This document shows positions 41,299-55,000 of a stretch of DNA of 64,000 bases, piece after piece (position 1 is the first letter of the stretch; each line of letters begins with the position of its first letter). A program made the translations under genes and the position numbers. Source of the stretch: Balanoglossus misakiensis. Lineage: Eukaryota > Animalia > Hemichordata. Location of the stretch: positions 14,150,389 to 14,214,388 of the forward strand of contig CM082580.2 in the NCBI GenBank assembly GCA_040954595.2, written 5' to 3'. The notes under the pieces were generated by a model. The model was not told the origin of the DNA. It did not search any database and saw only the letters and a list, made by a program, of their open reading frames with translations.

Positions 41299-44200
41299 TT
41301 AAACGTGGATATTACGATCAGTCTTTTCTTCAACTGCGATGATGATTTCAACTTTTGCCAGACGATGACGTGGGTCCATAGAGTGTGGGAATTGTTTACA
41401 AGAGAATCAAACAGGTCAGGGCGGTTTCCAAAGTCATTTTCTTCCCTCCATGATCACTGATGACCTTTAACTTTTGGGGTCTTGCGCGGAACAAATCTGT
41501 CCAAGTTCACAGTCGGAGGGTGATCAGGTGCCCCGTGGTAGAGTGACAGCGACTGGCGAGGCCGCTTCCCCTGACGCAGTGTGCGATTCATCCCAGGTGA
41601 AATTTGATCTTAAATGCGTAAATGGAAAGTCAGTCGAAATTTCAGGAGTGTCCGATGTGAGTGGCTTCGCCTTGTGTATTGAACAGGAACTAAATGGAGT
41701 TGAAGCTGGCGAGATTGTTCTCGGTTCACTGGAGGTCACTCGCACGACAGACCCGCTGGCATTGACAAGGATAAGAAAACATGCTATCGATGAACTTGAC
41801 AGGCTTGGTGGAAGAGTTGGTCGTGCTCGTGATGATAAACAGCTCGAGAGCCTGTAAAATGTACAAACTCCTGTCTACTTTCTCTACATTTTGTCATTTC
41901 AGTTGTTTTGTCTGTACGTCCGTAAACTCCACTGCAGAATTCCATCCTACCAATTGGGAACTTCTTGTCCACGTCAAAAAGTGACCATCATCCGTAAAAT
42001 GGCCAAAACTGGACAGGCAACGGTGTTTTCTTGTATTTGGATAACCTCCGTGTCGGGGATCGACGAAGATATCATTTCCCGCTCCCGCAACAAAGGAATT
42101 ATGCAACTGTCCGAAACTATGTTCCCGGGGCGAATTCTACAGCGTTACGAGGCATGAAATATGGGCTGGGAATGAGCGATCCATCGGGGTAAGGTCGCAG
42201 ATGAAAGGGATTCCTTAGCTGCCCCGTTGATCTCCATTAGCCCTCGTCACATGACTCAGGGAACTTTCTTGTCGACACAGGCCGTCTTGTCGTTCTGCAG
42301 AGCGCCAAACAATTACAAACGGGAAACAACATTCTGCCAAAATGCAGAAGTAATCCATTGAATCACCCACAAATTACCAGTCACGTGACCACAGAAATCG
42401 GGAAGGGGAGAATCTCCATATCTCAAAAAGTCAGCACAACTGGCTACACAAAAAAATCACACAACGGGACAAACTTAATGGTCACGCATCAACTCAGCGC
42501 CCTTCCGTCGAGGTTCACAATCATGCACCGTTAAAAATGGCCGAACCAATGTCTTTAAATCACTGATGAGTAATTACTTTGTGTATTAGCTAAACCATCC
42601 CTGTGTCAAATAATGTAAACAAACCACGCCCGACGGAAATAAAAGTATTGACAGAATCATCAATTAATGTTGAAGTTGATTAGTGTCCCTAATTAGATGC
42701 GTCAAGTAATTGTCTTCAGTTCGCGTTAGATTTGCAAGTTGTGTCTGCTTGTTCACGAAACTCAAAACTCGTTCTGATTATGAGGGGGCATACAACACAA
42801 ACGCTATAAGTAAGGGAGCACAGCTACCGTCATAAGGCAGAGTATGATTCCTTCAGAGCATCTAATGTACCGACGATGACGAGGTTCCCGTTTAAAGAAC
42901 CGTGTATTTTCTTGGCCTAGTTCTGCTTTCAGGGGATCGGTGACATCTCAGTAACACGACGGGTATCATTTTGCAGGCTGACGGACTGATTCTAGGATTT
43001 TATGCCATCATTTGCACAAGTTCATAAAAACAGATGATATGGGCTACTTGCTGTACGTGTTCAGATTGCAAAGTGAATCATCGTTATGTTGATCAGCTGT
43101 ACAGAGCTGCTCTCTGATATGTTTACAGATTGCACACACACACCAATCCGCCTATTGCCAATCAATCAATCTACCAATCAATCAATCAGACCGTTTGTCC
43201 ACACGCGCACCCACACACAACCGATTCCACGTTTTCTTTGTCAATACATATAACTGTCTGTCAATGCCCTTTTCTCGGTTTCAAATTTCAGTTTTCGGGT
43301 CTGTTTTCGCATTTGTTTACACCTGAGCATATTCTCTGATATTATTGTTTATGGTTTCTACCTTCACTGTTTGTCATTTGAATACGCCAGCACCAGCGAA
43401 CAGATAGCTACGTGGGGAATATGAACCTGGTTGAATTTCACAGTAGTGGTCTCTTGTATTTACGCTGCAGGTCGAACGATCGTGAAATGGGTGAAATGCA
43501 ATTTGGCGTTGGAAAGAGCCTGTTTATGAATGGAGGGCATGCGAGAACGGACAAGCATTCCTGGGAAAGACGGCCAACGCAACAGACGTCCCTCTGTAGG
43601 GAATGCAGCTGCAAAAATTAGCGGATTTTATATCGCGAGTAAAATTGGCCGAAGCTTTTGATGTTCCGGCAGACAGAGTAAACTGAAACTTCCACTATGT
43701 TTGTCGGGGCGAGAAAATTTGGTCGGCTTTCGTGCATGGTATGTGACGAGGTTACTGCAGACCGAGCACGTTCATTGCCAAAGGCAGGGTTGTCCTGCGG
43801 GCGTTCATCCTAATATTCATTTGGGTTCCCACGCGAGAAATCCTTAAAAATCAACGTAGGGTAAAACTAATATGTTTTCTTTAAATTCATACTGGCTGTG
43901 TGTGTTCCATCCTGACTGAAATTCACACAGAGTAGAATGATTTTGATCAGACACAAGTCGGCTTAAAGCCGTGGCAGTTTCCACTTTTTCACCATTTTCA
44001 TGTTTTAAAGTTCACCGTCTTGGTCTTAGTGAAACTTCACCTCGATGAAACTGTTTTCGGGTGACCTGAAACCTCCATTGGCATCAAAGGTCTGGACTCA
44101 TAAATCATTTATTGCGCTGTGTACAGTTTACGTATCTATTTAATCGCGAGGGGTAACGACATCTTCCAGTCCAATATACAGTAAGAGCAGTTGGCTGCCT

Positions 44201-45947
44201 TCCAAGCTTTTCACCGCAACTGCGCCGCGCCGCCCGGATCCACAGCTGCACTCGGGCACAGCTGATCCGTCTCCGAGAGTCAACACATTACTTGCGTTGT
44301 TCGAATTATACACGTGTATCCAATCGTACAAAAACCGCCAATTAGCAGCCAACGCGCAGATTCGCACTAAAACAGCAAATTATAGAATATAAGAAATGAA
44401 AATGAAATTTAATCTTTTACCTTGAAGTCGTCTGATTCAGTTGCTTGTACTCATGTCCACAGCCCAGGCCAAAATTCTTTGGTGTATGTTCGCAAAACTT
44501 GCATCTATTCAATCAATCAAAATTATCATATTTAAGAACATGCACGAAATACCTTTGTCATTCATATATAATGTTATAAATGGCATTTAGAGCAAATGTT
44601 CTTTACTTTAAATGCAAACTTGAAGCGATTGAGATACTTGTGGCAATATTTTGACAATTCAAAATCGTTCCAAAAGGAAGCAATCTTTTTCCAGAGAAAT
44701 AGTTTCTTTCTATAAGCAGGTACTGCTGGAGGCGTACTTTGGTGGTATTTGCAGCATTCGCTTACAGCAGAAGAAGCATGCAGTCAGTCTGCCGTTGCTA
44801 CAGGGATTGTCTGCACCATCCCTTTCATCGCTAGTGCACAAGACAACGATTTCTTCTGCACACATGTACATACATACGCGGGACGGTGTCTATCACACCA
44901 GCTTGACCAACAACGGTCCAGTTTCACTTCAACGTGTTTTTGCCAATACTAACGCGGCCTTGGGCGGGTGCGGCCATTTCATAAATCTGACTTACTATAT
45001 TATTTCCGGAGCCGATAAAATAAACAAGCTATGTACCTCGCTCGGCCATCAAACCCCGTTTTATTTTTCAGTTACTTTTCTGCATGCCAAATATGGATAT
45101 ACGGATGTGTGTGAGGGAATTTAAAAAGTCACGATTACTTCGGTCATTGAAGGCTTTGCGAAAAGTCGTCTACGCATATGTTTTCTCCGAGACAGATCCA
45201 AGAAGTAATCATATCTAATTGAATATGAAAATAGCACTATAGATTGAATCGATACCCTTTTTTAAAGATATATTAATTCCGTTTTATCCTACTCTGAGAT
45301 TGAATTATTTTTTTTATTGCATATCCCTTAAAACATGCCTATAGGCAGAGCCCTCCGCTTTTCCCGAGCACGTGACATGTCAAATTCTCACTACACATTC
45401 GATTAGTCCCTGATATTTTCTCTCAATGGCGGGAGAATCTGACAAACTTCGACAACTGGCGCTGACTGCGACACCGGGTGAGATCGAATTGTAACCGGAC
45501 ACTGAGGGTTACTCCGCGTTGTCAGTAATCGCCCACTGAATGCATGTCGGTTGCACCATCCTCCCGTCACTTTCTACGATCTTCCTGCTATTTAGAATAG
45601 TCCGCATACCACAGCTAAATTATAGATATTTAATGCCAAGCTAGGTTGTAAATTATCTGACGCTTGTCCTTTGCTCTACTGTAATTACTCTCACGGCAAA
45701 AAAGCCAAAAGTTGACCAATAATTTTAACGGGAAAACAGGTCGTGCAGTTTAGTAAGTTCTTAAAATAATTGGTGTCCGGTGGTGGCCAGTTTTGCCGCT
45801 GGTGTCTTTTCGGAACCCGCCCCAGGCCTGGTTGTGTACGCAATGGCAATGTGTCCAGGCGTTAGCGTGGATAAATCACTTGTGCTTTATGTGTTCGGCT
45901 TTTTACATTCATCACGGCTTGTTTTATAACTGGGGAAGAAATATTTT

Positions 45948-46035
45948 GATCTGCCCTGGGTGGGACCCCGGTTTGAACTCGGCATCGTCGGCGAGGACTG
46001 TCATGCACGCTAAATGCCACAGTGTTACGCAAGGA
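45948..46035 (-). mobile_element. Possible degenerate tRNA-derived SINE head
   Basis: The minus strand has an A-box-like GTAACACTGTGGCATTTAGCGTG followed at tRNA-like spacing by a B-box GTTCAAACC (45970-45978). No cloverleaf or target-site duplication was seen. Confidence 0.25.
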
Positions 46036-49000
46036 ACACGCTTTTTGGCAGGGTGGCGGTTGGACAATGTAAAAACCTCGTGACTTTTGGTGTGAAACCT
46101 TTTATCCCAGGCTCGCAGCTGTACGTTTGAGCGTCGCTGAAGCTGTTTTTGTAATGTATCCTTTGGCCTGCGCACATCACCGAGCCACGATTGGAATGTG
46201 CCTGGTTGCCGTTATTTGCATGGTGCCGGCGTGTCTGCCTGTGAATTATGTAAATCAAGCCACATGTGGGCGAGGAACGCCACGGAACAGGGGTATCCGT
46301 TTCTCTCAGTTACTATAAACATACCTTTTTAGATGACTGCGCTCCCATTCACTGAAAAACAACATGGTTTTCCCATCCATGCCGCCGTAAACCCCAGATT
46401 TCAACAGTTTCCGAACCAGTGTATGTGTTTATTGGATCACATGACCTCGAGGCCTCCTCCATCAATCTGAAAAAAGAGAAACAAAACAAAACGAATTGTC
46501 AGTGCGCTGTTCACCAACTCTGGAGTTAGGATCATGATGCTTGCATAGATAAAAACCAGCACTCTAAACCATCAAAAAGTTTCATCTTTTAGGAACCCTG
46601 AGATTGGGAAATAATAGCTGCTTTCTGGTTGACCCCATCACGTGACACCGATGGCTTTATGAATCCCCTGTGCCAAATTCTTCGTTTCGTTTGACTGAGA
46701 AGCCCTAAGGCCCAGTCGTAATTCGTCCACTGCTGATTGTGAAGGTATCTGCCATCTTCTTCAAAACCATTGAAGGAAATATCAGCCAATTGTTACCAAT
46801 AATCGTTGAAAAACAATGTCAGCCCTATCACTGCTGATCAATCAGTCAGACATGGTTACCCACTGGCAAACCTCACACCTCGGAGATCATATCTGCCATT
46901 TTTATTCACCATTATGCTTTTTGTTATGGTAAAACTTTGTCAACAAAGAAGTTATACAGTATTCTATGTCGCATACTTATAAAGTTATTAAAGGAATCAA
47001 GATCACGGGTCTTTTTGCGAAGATTTTTGGAGATCCCAAGAAATTGATGGGAGAGGGTTACGAAGTCGTTCCACGAAAATGGCCGTACTTTCTGTAAAGT
47101 CACGTCCGATATCCCGCGATCCGGCGCGGGTGAGAAGTAAAATGTGCCCCGGTACGTGCATAGCGAGTATTGCTCTATCCGTGGGATTATTTATATCGAA
47201 TCGTTGAATAATAAATATCGAGACCTGTGTTTATCATTTGACACTTACGCCGTGTATGATTTACGATCTGGTATATGACTTCCTAAAGACTGTTCTCGAC
47301 AGATATGCGACGCTTGTAGATTTTTAGTCACACGATAATGGATCCGTTCAACGAGCGATAGGTTTATGTGTCTATTTGCTCGCGTGACAGATCGTGGATT
47401 GTGTTTTAGTCAGGAGAAGGTTGACAGACACGTCGCTGATGGGTGGTCAAGACGGGGGAAGCATCACAGTCAGTCGAGGAAGGAAAAGGGTGGATGGATC
47501 TGATTGGTTGGCCAACGCCTACGTGAATCGAATACTAGACAACTGAAGAGGGTTCGATCAGACTCAACCACGGCCAAACTATAAGAATCATGTTTCACTC
47601 TGGCGATAGTCCAATCTGTCCTGAGCAATAAATATAAACACTGACAGCCAGTATCCCTAAAAATTAACGCGGCTTTGGCCGAGATCCGCTCCGGTCGTCA
47701 ATAGAGGAAATCCGCGTAGGATAGATATCATTACACCGTCTTAAATCGTGTGACAGGTTTTCGACGCATTCGCCGGCGATTGGTTCAAAACTGGTGGAAA
47801 ACAATAAGTTCTTGAAGTCTTTTGATTAATTATGTATTGTTCGAAGTTTGGACGTTATTACTCGAACTAATTGTGTCTCGGGACGGCAGGTGACACACAA
47901 GGCGCTTGTTGACTCAAGATCATCCTCTTGTAAGACAAAAATGCCGAATGCTCAAAAAGAGCTCTAAATGGTATCGTCGACCGGGGCTATCTGGTCGATA
48001 AGGTGATATTCAAAAAGTCCGCCGGTGACAGAAAGCTCGGTTTCCCGATGTTGAGGAGGGAGAAGTGGCGATTGATGCCGAAGCGTTGTTGGACGAGCGG
48101 CATCAAACTTGAGGAGGGACGAGGACATCGGTGCGTGAAACCTTCGAAAGTTTGTTTCTGGTTTGGACGTTGATGTATGGTCGTGTTTGACAGTCATTGA
48201 CACTCGGTTTAGTTTATAATGACTAAAGAATACCATAAAAGTAGGTCAGAGGTGATTCTAGGTTAGTGGAAGGATACATGATTGGTTTGGTTTGGCCGGA
48301 CATGGTTGGAGGAGCAATTCAATATGTAGGTATTTGGAAAAACCTATTCAGAAACTGAAGATTTAAAGGCATAGTTATGTTTTTCGGCGATTTATAATTC
48401 GTAATTAGTGAAAGTTCCCCCCCCCCCGTAAAGTCAGTTTTGCCCCAAAATCGTTAGTGATTGAATGTATCATGGGCCTGGCGAAGGACCTAGTTGGAAT
48501 GATGTTGAGCAGTAACACCTCTCCAGTGATCATGGTGATTTACCAGTAGGAAGTTCCCGTCAAACCTGATGGTTCCTCGCTTGCTATATCATCTACAACT
48601 GGCTCTGACACAAGTCAGATACGACCGGATGTTTTGTAGATATCCAATCAGAGAATCGGTTTTACACTGCTCATGACATGCGTTTTGGTCGGTGTCTTGT
48701 ATAAGAGATGGACCATCGTCAGTCCTGCCTGTGATAAAGTAGGGCAGTTGGCGAAGCTCCCAGGATCGCGGCCCGTGCCAGGATGTATCTTGTCAAACGA
48801 TGTTGCTGTTCTCAGAGAGGCATGTTTAATGGCGCGCTTTTTGAACCTGGGGTAAAATTTACAACCAGGTTGATTCTGATTGGCAGGCCCAACAACTGAA
48901 GAGTCGTTGCCTTGTCATCGTAAATTATACACGAATAACATGTGTTTTTCTTGTCAAAACCCTTTAGATCGTTTGTTTCCATCTGTCCCACAATTGTTTC

Positions 49001-52000
49001 CAAACCCCGTAGACTCTTGTCTATCTCGAGCAGTTTAAATTATTATGCCTTCTCCACTTAGAAGTTACTTATTCGAGTCAAAAACGATAACGACTGAGCT
49101 CTACTCGGACAAAACAGTGATGTATACCAGAGGATTCACTTCACTCCCGACAGAAACCCCCTTAATGGTTTAAACAAAACTTTGTAATAGATTAAACAGC
49201 TGCGTATCCGCACCCAATGACCGCATCTCGTATAAAACGATGATAGATACCTGACCTTTGACCCCAATATCAATATACTCCTTCCTGTTGTACGGTGACA
49301 CTTAAGACAACTTTCGACGGCGTGTCGTCTTTATCCAGGCTTTACCGCCACTTTGAACAAGTTTCAAATATGGCACAACTGTCAGCCTGGAGTTTCAGTT
49401 TAGTAAATTATTGTGTTTCTTTTTAATTTTTTAACTTTCGACTTTTAAGTGCCTTTAAAGCTGAGAGTGTGCCAATGTACCCTCCCCGGTGGGAAAAATT
49501 GAGTTCAATGACTTGAAGTTTTGTAAAACAGCCAGAATTCCCATGGCACTTCACGGGTATGGTTTTGGTATACTCGTTTATCTCCATCATCGGCAGCCTC
49601 TGGTCGCCAAACCAGTCTCCAGCGATACACCTGGTTTGCCTCAGCAACAATGCGAGACGACACTTTGTCGAGAAACAAAGACCGGTTGATGCAAACATTG
49701 CCACCCTTAATCAGACGTGAGTGGCCACTGTTAATGTCTGCAGCAGTCGTCTTGTCCCCCCCCCCTCTCCTCGTCTCGCTCACATCGCTTCGTAAATTAC
49801 TCCACATAGCTGGCAGCGCCGCTCTGTGTCTGTTTACGCCAATTAATTGGAGATGTCTTCGGGGGAGCTAACAGCCAGTCAACCGTGGCCGCTATGTGAC
49901 GTCACGTCACAGCCTACCTGTTTTCAGCTTCATGCGTGGCGAAAATCAGAGAAAGGTAGAAATGGTTTCAGTCCCCCCCCCCCTAATTAGGTACCCAGGC
50001 GAGTTTCTGAGTTTCGGGCTGGTTTGCTCAGACAAGAAAATCCACATCTTCACACGAACTACTGAGAATTACCTTTCAAACATTCTTAAAGTGGTTGCGA
50101 TGGACACACCATAAACAATCTTTATAGAGTTACAATAACCCTGAAACTGAAACCCTAATAATTTCTAACTTTGTCAGACAAATTAATGAGACTATCGGCG
50201 CCACAATTCAAGGTTTCGTGTCTTCAAAATGACCTGATGGAAGACCTTGCTCGTTCTCCCCTTATTTTCAGAGAGCCTTAGTTTTCTTGATGTATTTTAT
50301 GTATCAAAGGCGATCTTGTCAAATTTGTGACGTCAGGCCGAGCCCTTGATGCGAGAAAAAATACACAAATGAAATAAACACAATGTCAGAAGAGCGATTT
50401 TCAGCAATTTACACATGTATATCAAAAATGATTGGTTGGAAGCAAGCCATAGGTGAGAAAAGAGACAACAAACAGTCTGACATTGTCATGACTCGTACAC
50501 AGCGTCGGATATATCAATGTTCAGACACTTGTCAGTCAAGATGTCTGACGCGGCCGGACTGGTCGAAGGAAGATAGCACAGGAGATACAAAATGCAGTGG
50601 GAAAGTACTTGCATATCTGGGACTCATTCTCTCTACACATCTCTGTCTTTCATCAGTTGCGTGTCTCTTCAGAGTATCACGAACTCCCACAAAAATGGAA
50701 ATGGTTTTATTTCGGTGTTTTTTCTGTTTACCTGAGACCTCAGATGTGAGTTAAACGTGTCCTGATAAAACTCAAAAATCTGTTTACATTATAGTCGAAA
50801 TAAGAGTTCAAATTGTTTTACCTAACGGGAATACAATTTTGCGATAAAGTTAAAAACATTGCTTGTTTATCATGATGAGTGAGACACTGGAAGTAAAAAG
50901 CACAGACGCTGATCGGATGAAGCTCGCGGCCATGCAGCCATCGCTACGACTAAAAAGAGCAGTTCGTCCATCGATCCGTAACAATCAGGGTGATTATGGC
51001 GTTCAAATGTAAACAGTCAGGTGAAAATTGCCCGGATGTGCACCAAATTGAACCGTGAAAACATGAAATGGACACGCCGATGTGAAATTCAATATCTCAC
51101 AGATATGAGAACCGACGCAAGTTCGTTTTACCTCACTTTCACCAACAGGGTGCCGGGTGTAACATTCCATTTCTGCGTCTGTCAGCAATTGTAAATTTGT
51201 ACAGAGGTGCCTTCAGTTGTCGGATTTGTTTTTTTTTTAAAGAAGGATCATATGATTATGACTTTTTCTTTCAATTTTCTGACGCGTCGATACTTTGAGT
51301 CATGCGGCGAACAAGGCGATTCCGGCCTCATGTTACATGTGTCCGCTTCAAGTCTGCTAGCACATCCCAGAGACTTTAAACATCCGAATAGTGTGACCTC
51401 GGATGACGGTAGATCCTCTAGACTTAAATTATAGCGGGCTGGACATAAATCGTCGTTTTAATCAGGCTACTAATTAAGCCCTGCGTCTATCGCAGTGCAA
51501 AATCTCGCTCCATAATTATCAGACTTAACTTTGTTGTAACCGACCGTGTAATTGGATACTGATTTATCTAGTGTAATCCGGGATCGATTTCTGTATCGAC
51601 TCGTAGGAGGGGTGTTAACCCGCCCCAGAAACCAACCCACCCGCTGTCTGGTTGTGTTTACATTCCTTAGTAACGTCTCCACATGATGAAATGGAGGGAA
51701 GTGGCTTCACTTGAAGCTAAGCGCTTTAGCCGGCTACCATGGCTAGGGAGATTATAATTGTGTTTTGTTACGGATTTGCCTTAGTAAATTAATTGATGGT
51801 CCCGGCTAAAAAGTTAGACTCGTGGAAAAAGGAAAACTTGCATGTGATTAAAGTGAGAAAACTCACGAAGAAGCATGCCATACCCTCATGTTTACTGTTA
51901 CTATTCTGTCACAACAGAAAATGTTGGATGAATAGCGCAATGACGGAATATAATAGGATGGTTTGAAAAGTTACCCTTCCAAATGCAATCGAATATAATA

Positions 52001-55000
52001 ATAATCAGAATGGTGAAAGTGGTAGATGTTGCCAAAGTTTGGACCCTTTACCGATGATATAGTAGGCCCTCAAAGTGCAAAAATCGAGTTAGTATTTGTT
52101 GCAGTACAAGTACATGTACATTATTTGCTTTGATTAAACTCCAACTGCTAGTCATGCGCAGTGCGTGTGTGCGGAAACTTCTAATGAATATTATGATCTC
52201 GGCGGGGCCGGCCCGTATGCATATTAACCGTACTCTAATTAGAGCAGACTGACGATCACGGGCGTGGGCCGGCAGGCTGGCGCGCGGCTTCTCTTTGAAG
52301 TCTTTTTAGTATTGTAATCAAGCTAAACACCCAACACTCTATCAACAAAGGACCCGCTGTTAATGTAAACAAAAATAAACCGTCAGCAACTTTATGTATA
52401 CCCAGGTGGGACCGACACCTCACAGCTGCGTTGGTTTCTACGTCCGCGTCGTACCCGCGGGGTCCCCCCTACTTTCAACCCTTGTTGAAAAGATGATGTT
52501 CGTCTTATTTGGCTTCTCGTAAGACGACGCCCACTCCTTGCGAGAAAAAATCTAAATTCCCCCGCATGCGCTGTTGGGTCAAAGATGCACAACGGAGGGC
52601 GGAGGGCAGACCAGTTCACCAAAAGGTGAAATTTCGACCAGGAACCAGGTCCGGCCAAAAAAAATCAAGAATTGCACTTGGCGATCAAAATCTAGAATTA
52701 TTATGAAATCTACGAACCATTTTGGGGTGTCCCTATTGATCGGTGAAAGTTTCAGATGGCACGGATGGATCCAGGATGAAATAGCCCTGCTCGGTGATGA
52801 CGTCAGCAGACCGATTCACGTGAAGGAATTTCCGGAAACCGTGGTCCCAATTACCCGCGGTCGCCATGGTGATGGAGATTAGGAGGAAATTAGTTGCAGT
52901 ATACTGACGCATATTCACACAGTCTGGAAAAGAAAGTACAGAGGTATATTTACGAAGCGAAACTTTTTAGCGGAAAGTGATTTTGCCGAGATGCAGTCTG
53001 AGATGTTCTGAAACCGCTTCAAGTCAATGAAAATAACTTTATATGTCTATAGTCATGGTCGGAAGGAACAAGGCGGATACACGCAACGTTCTGGTGAATA
53101 AACGGTGCGGTTGAAAATTGACATTTTTGAATACGGTATACAGCACTTCGTATGCCTACATATACACCCGCACCACGACAATAATTTGACGCCCCATACA
53201 TGTACTTGGATAACTGTTTGATGAACCGTTGGTGGCTCTGTACCCACTGCATTTGTTGGGGTACCAAGTTTAGAGAACATTTACTGGTATTGCGTGTTTG
53301 TCCGATTGCTATGAGTACAGCGCCCTCATTCAGACTGAACTTCAATTTACTGGTAACTCATTTATGGCTATAAAGGGTTTATCTAGGTGTTAACATAAAC
53401 ATGTGGTGGCGCTTTTTCTTCTTCTTCGCGTGGTACCAAAGTGATAATCTGTGATTGATCGCGACGTATGAGCTTTGATGTCATTTTGTTTTTGATAAAT
53501 TATGGTTCCACATGAATGAATTATTACTTTAGGCTTCCGCCTTCTATAATCAAATTAACTCTAAGTTCCTTTCAGGGCACTCGTCGGGGGGGGGGGGGGT
53601 AATAAAGTCATTAAATTTTACGAACTCAATAAACATCGCTGGGTCTTCCATTTCCATGTATTTTATGTTTCTGCAAATATTGACTGAATTGCTAGTGTTT
53701 TATTTTACAAGTGAAAGCGCGTGCTTTTTTTTGTCTCCACAGTGAGACAATCACGCCATGTTTTGCGTTCTATAGACAATCCAACTTGTTGTATCTCGTA
53801 GTCAAAATTAAGGTGTGACCTAGGATTTCAAAGAAAGAATCTTAGCTTTGTTATAAGCTCTGGAACTGCTGCAAAACTAATTCCTTATCAAGGTAGAATT
53901 AATTAGTTTCTCAACCGCAGTCGAGTAATAAAACCCCAATTAATCGCGTGAAGAAGGAGCAGATGTAGTATAATATATCGTTTTCTCGCCCATCGGCTCC
54001 GGGGCAGAATATACAGCGCCCTCAAACGAACGATATACACAGTTTACCCAAGGTAGTAAACTGTCTCGTCAAAATACGTGCATTGTGCTCAATTTTAATT
54101 CATGCCGCCCTAGGCTGGCCGATTTCCCTCCTCCATCAATCAAGATTGATGACTAAATGAAGTCTTCATTTCCAGTTAGCTAAGCTGTCAACACACCGTG
54201 ACTGTGAGGCGATCTCATTTCAAGTTCCGATTTCTTTCCCAAAAATATAATTTCCATGTCATGAAAAGTGATATTAGTTATTTACAGACTGTACCATCTG
54301 GTGGTTTTCTATATTTTTGTCAGATTTAAGGGTTAACGGTCATTCACCATTGCTGTGAAACTCTCTGCGGAAATGTGGATGGCAATAATTCGTTTCGTAT
54401 CCAAGTCTGCGAATTTAAACCCCGGTAAACATGCTCCAAACATAAACACAAAAGATAATTGTTTTAGCTATACCAATGGAAAACATTGTGCAAACTGGGT
54501 ATTCCATAATCACATATTCCCATCACGGTAACAATCTCAATTTCATGCGCGCAATTATAAACGCATCCCCATTATTGATTGATGTACATATTATTGTTTT
54601 AATTGCGTCATGCGGTGGTGATGAATTAATGATACTAATCAAATTAACTAAATGTTATAAATTTATAACTAAAACGCACGGATGCCATGAACTATTTCCG
54701 CGTCTACTGTTTTTTACAGTCTTCTCGTGAAGAGGGTTCCCTGTTAAAGATACATTTGTACATGTATAGGTCACCTCCAATTTACATAAATTGTACGCCC
54801 ATATATGGCTGAAAGGGCGTATATAAATAATCTATGGTGGCGCTATTTTTTCACGTGTGCCACCCAGTGAAAATCTGTGATTGGCTAGATCTGAAGTTGC
54901 CATGGTAGCTGTAGCTAAATTTCCATAGGTGACTGTACACCTTTAACTCGCAAACTGTCTGCACATTCGTTACCAAGCGACGGAGACTTGAAACTTGAAA

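Noticed and set aside
44651-45124. 157-aa plus-strand ORF
   Set aside because: TTG start, no domain, and composition like non-coding DNA.
53585-53599. Poly-G run, plus poly-C runs near 15175, 48417, 49755, 49973 and 56477
   Set aside because: Short homopolymers with no evidence of function.
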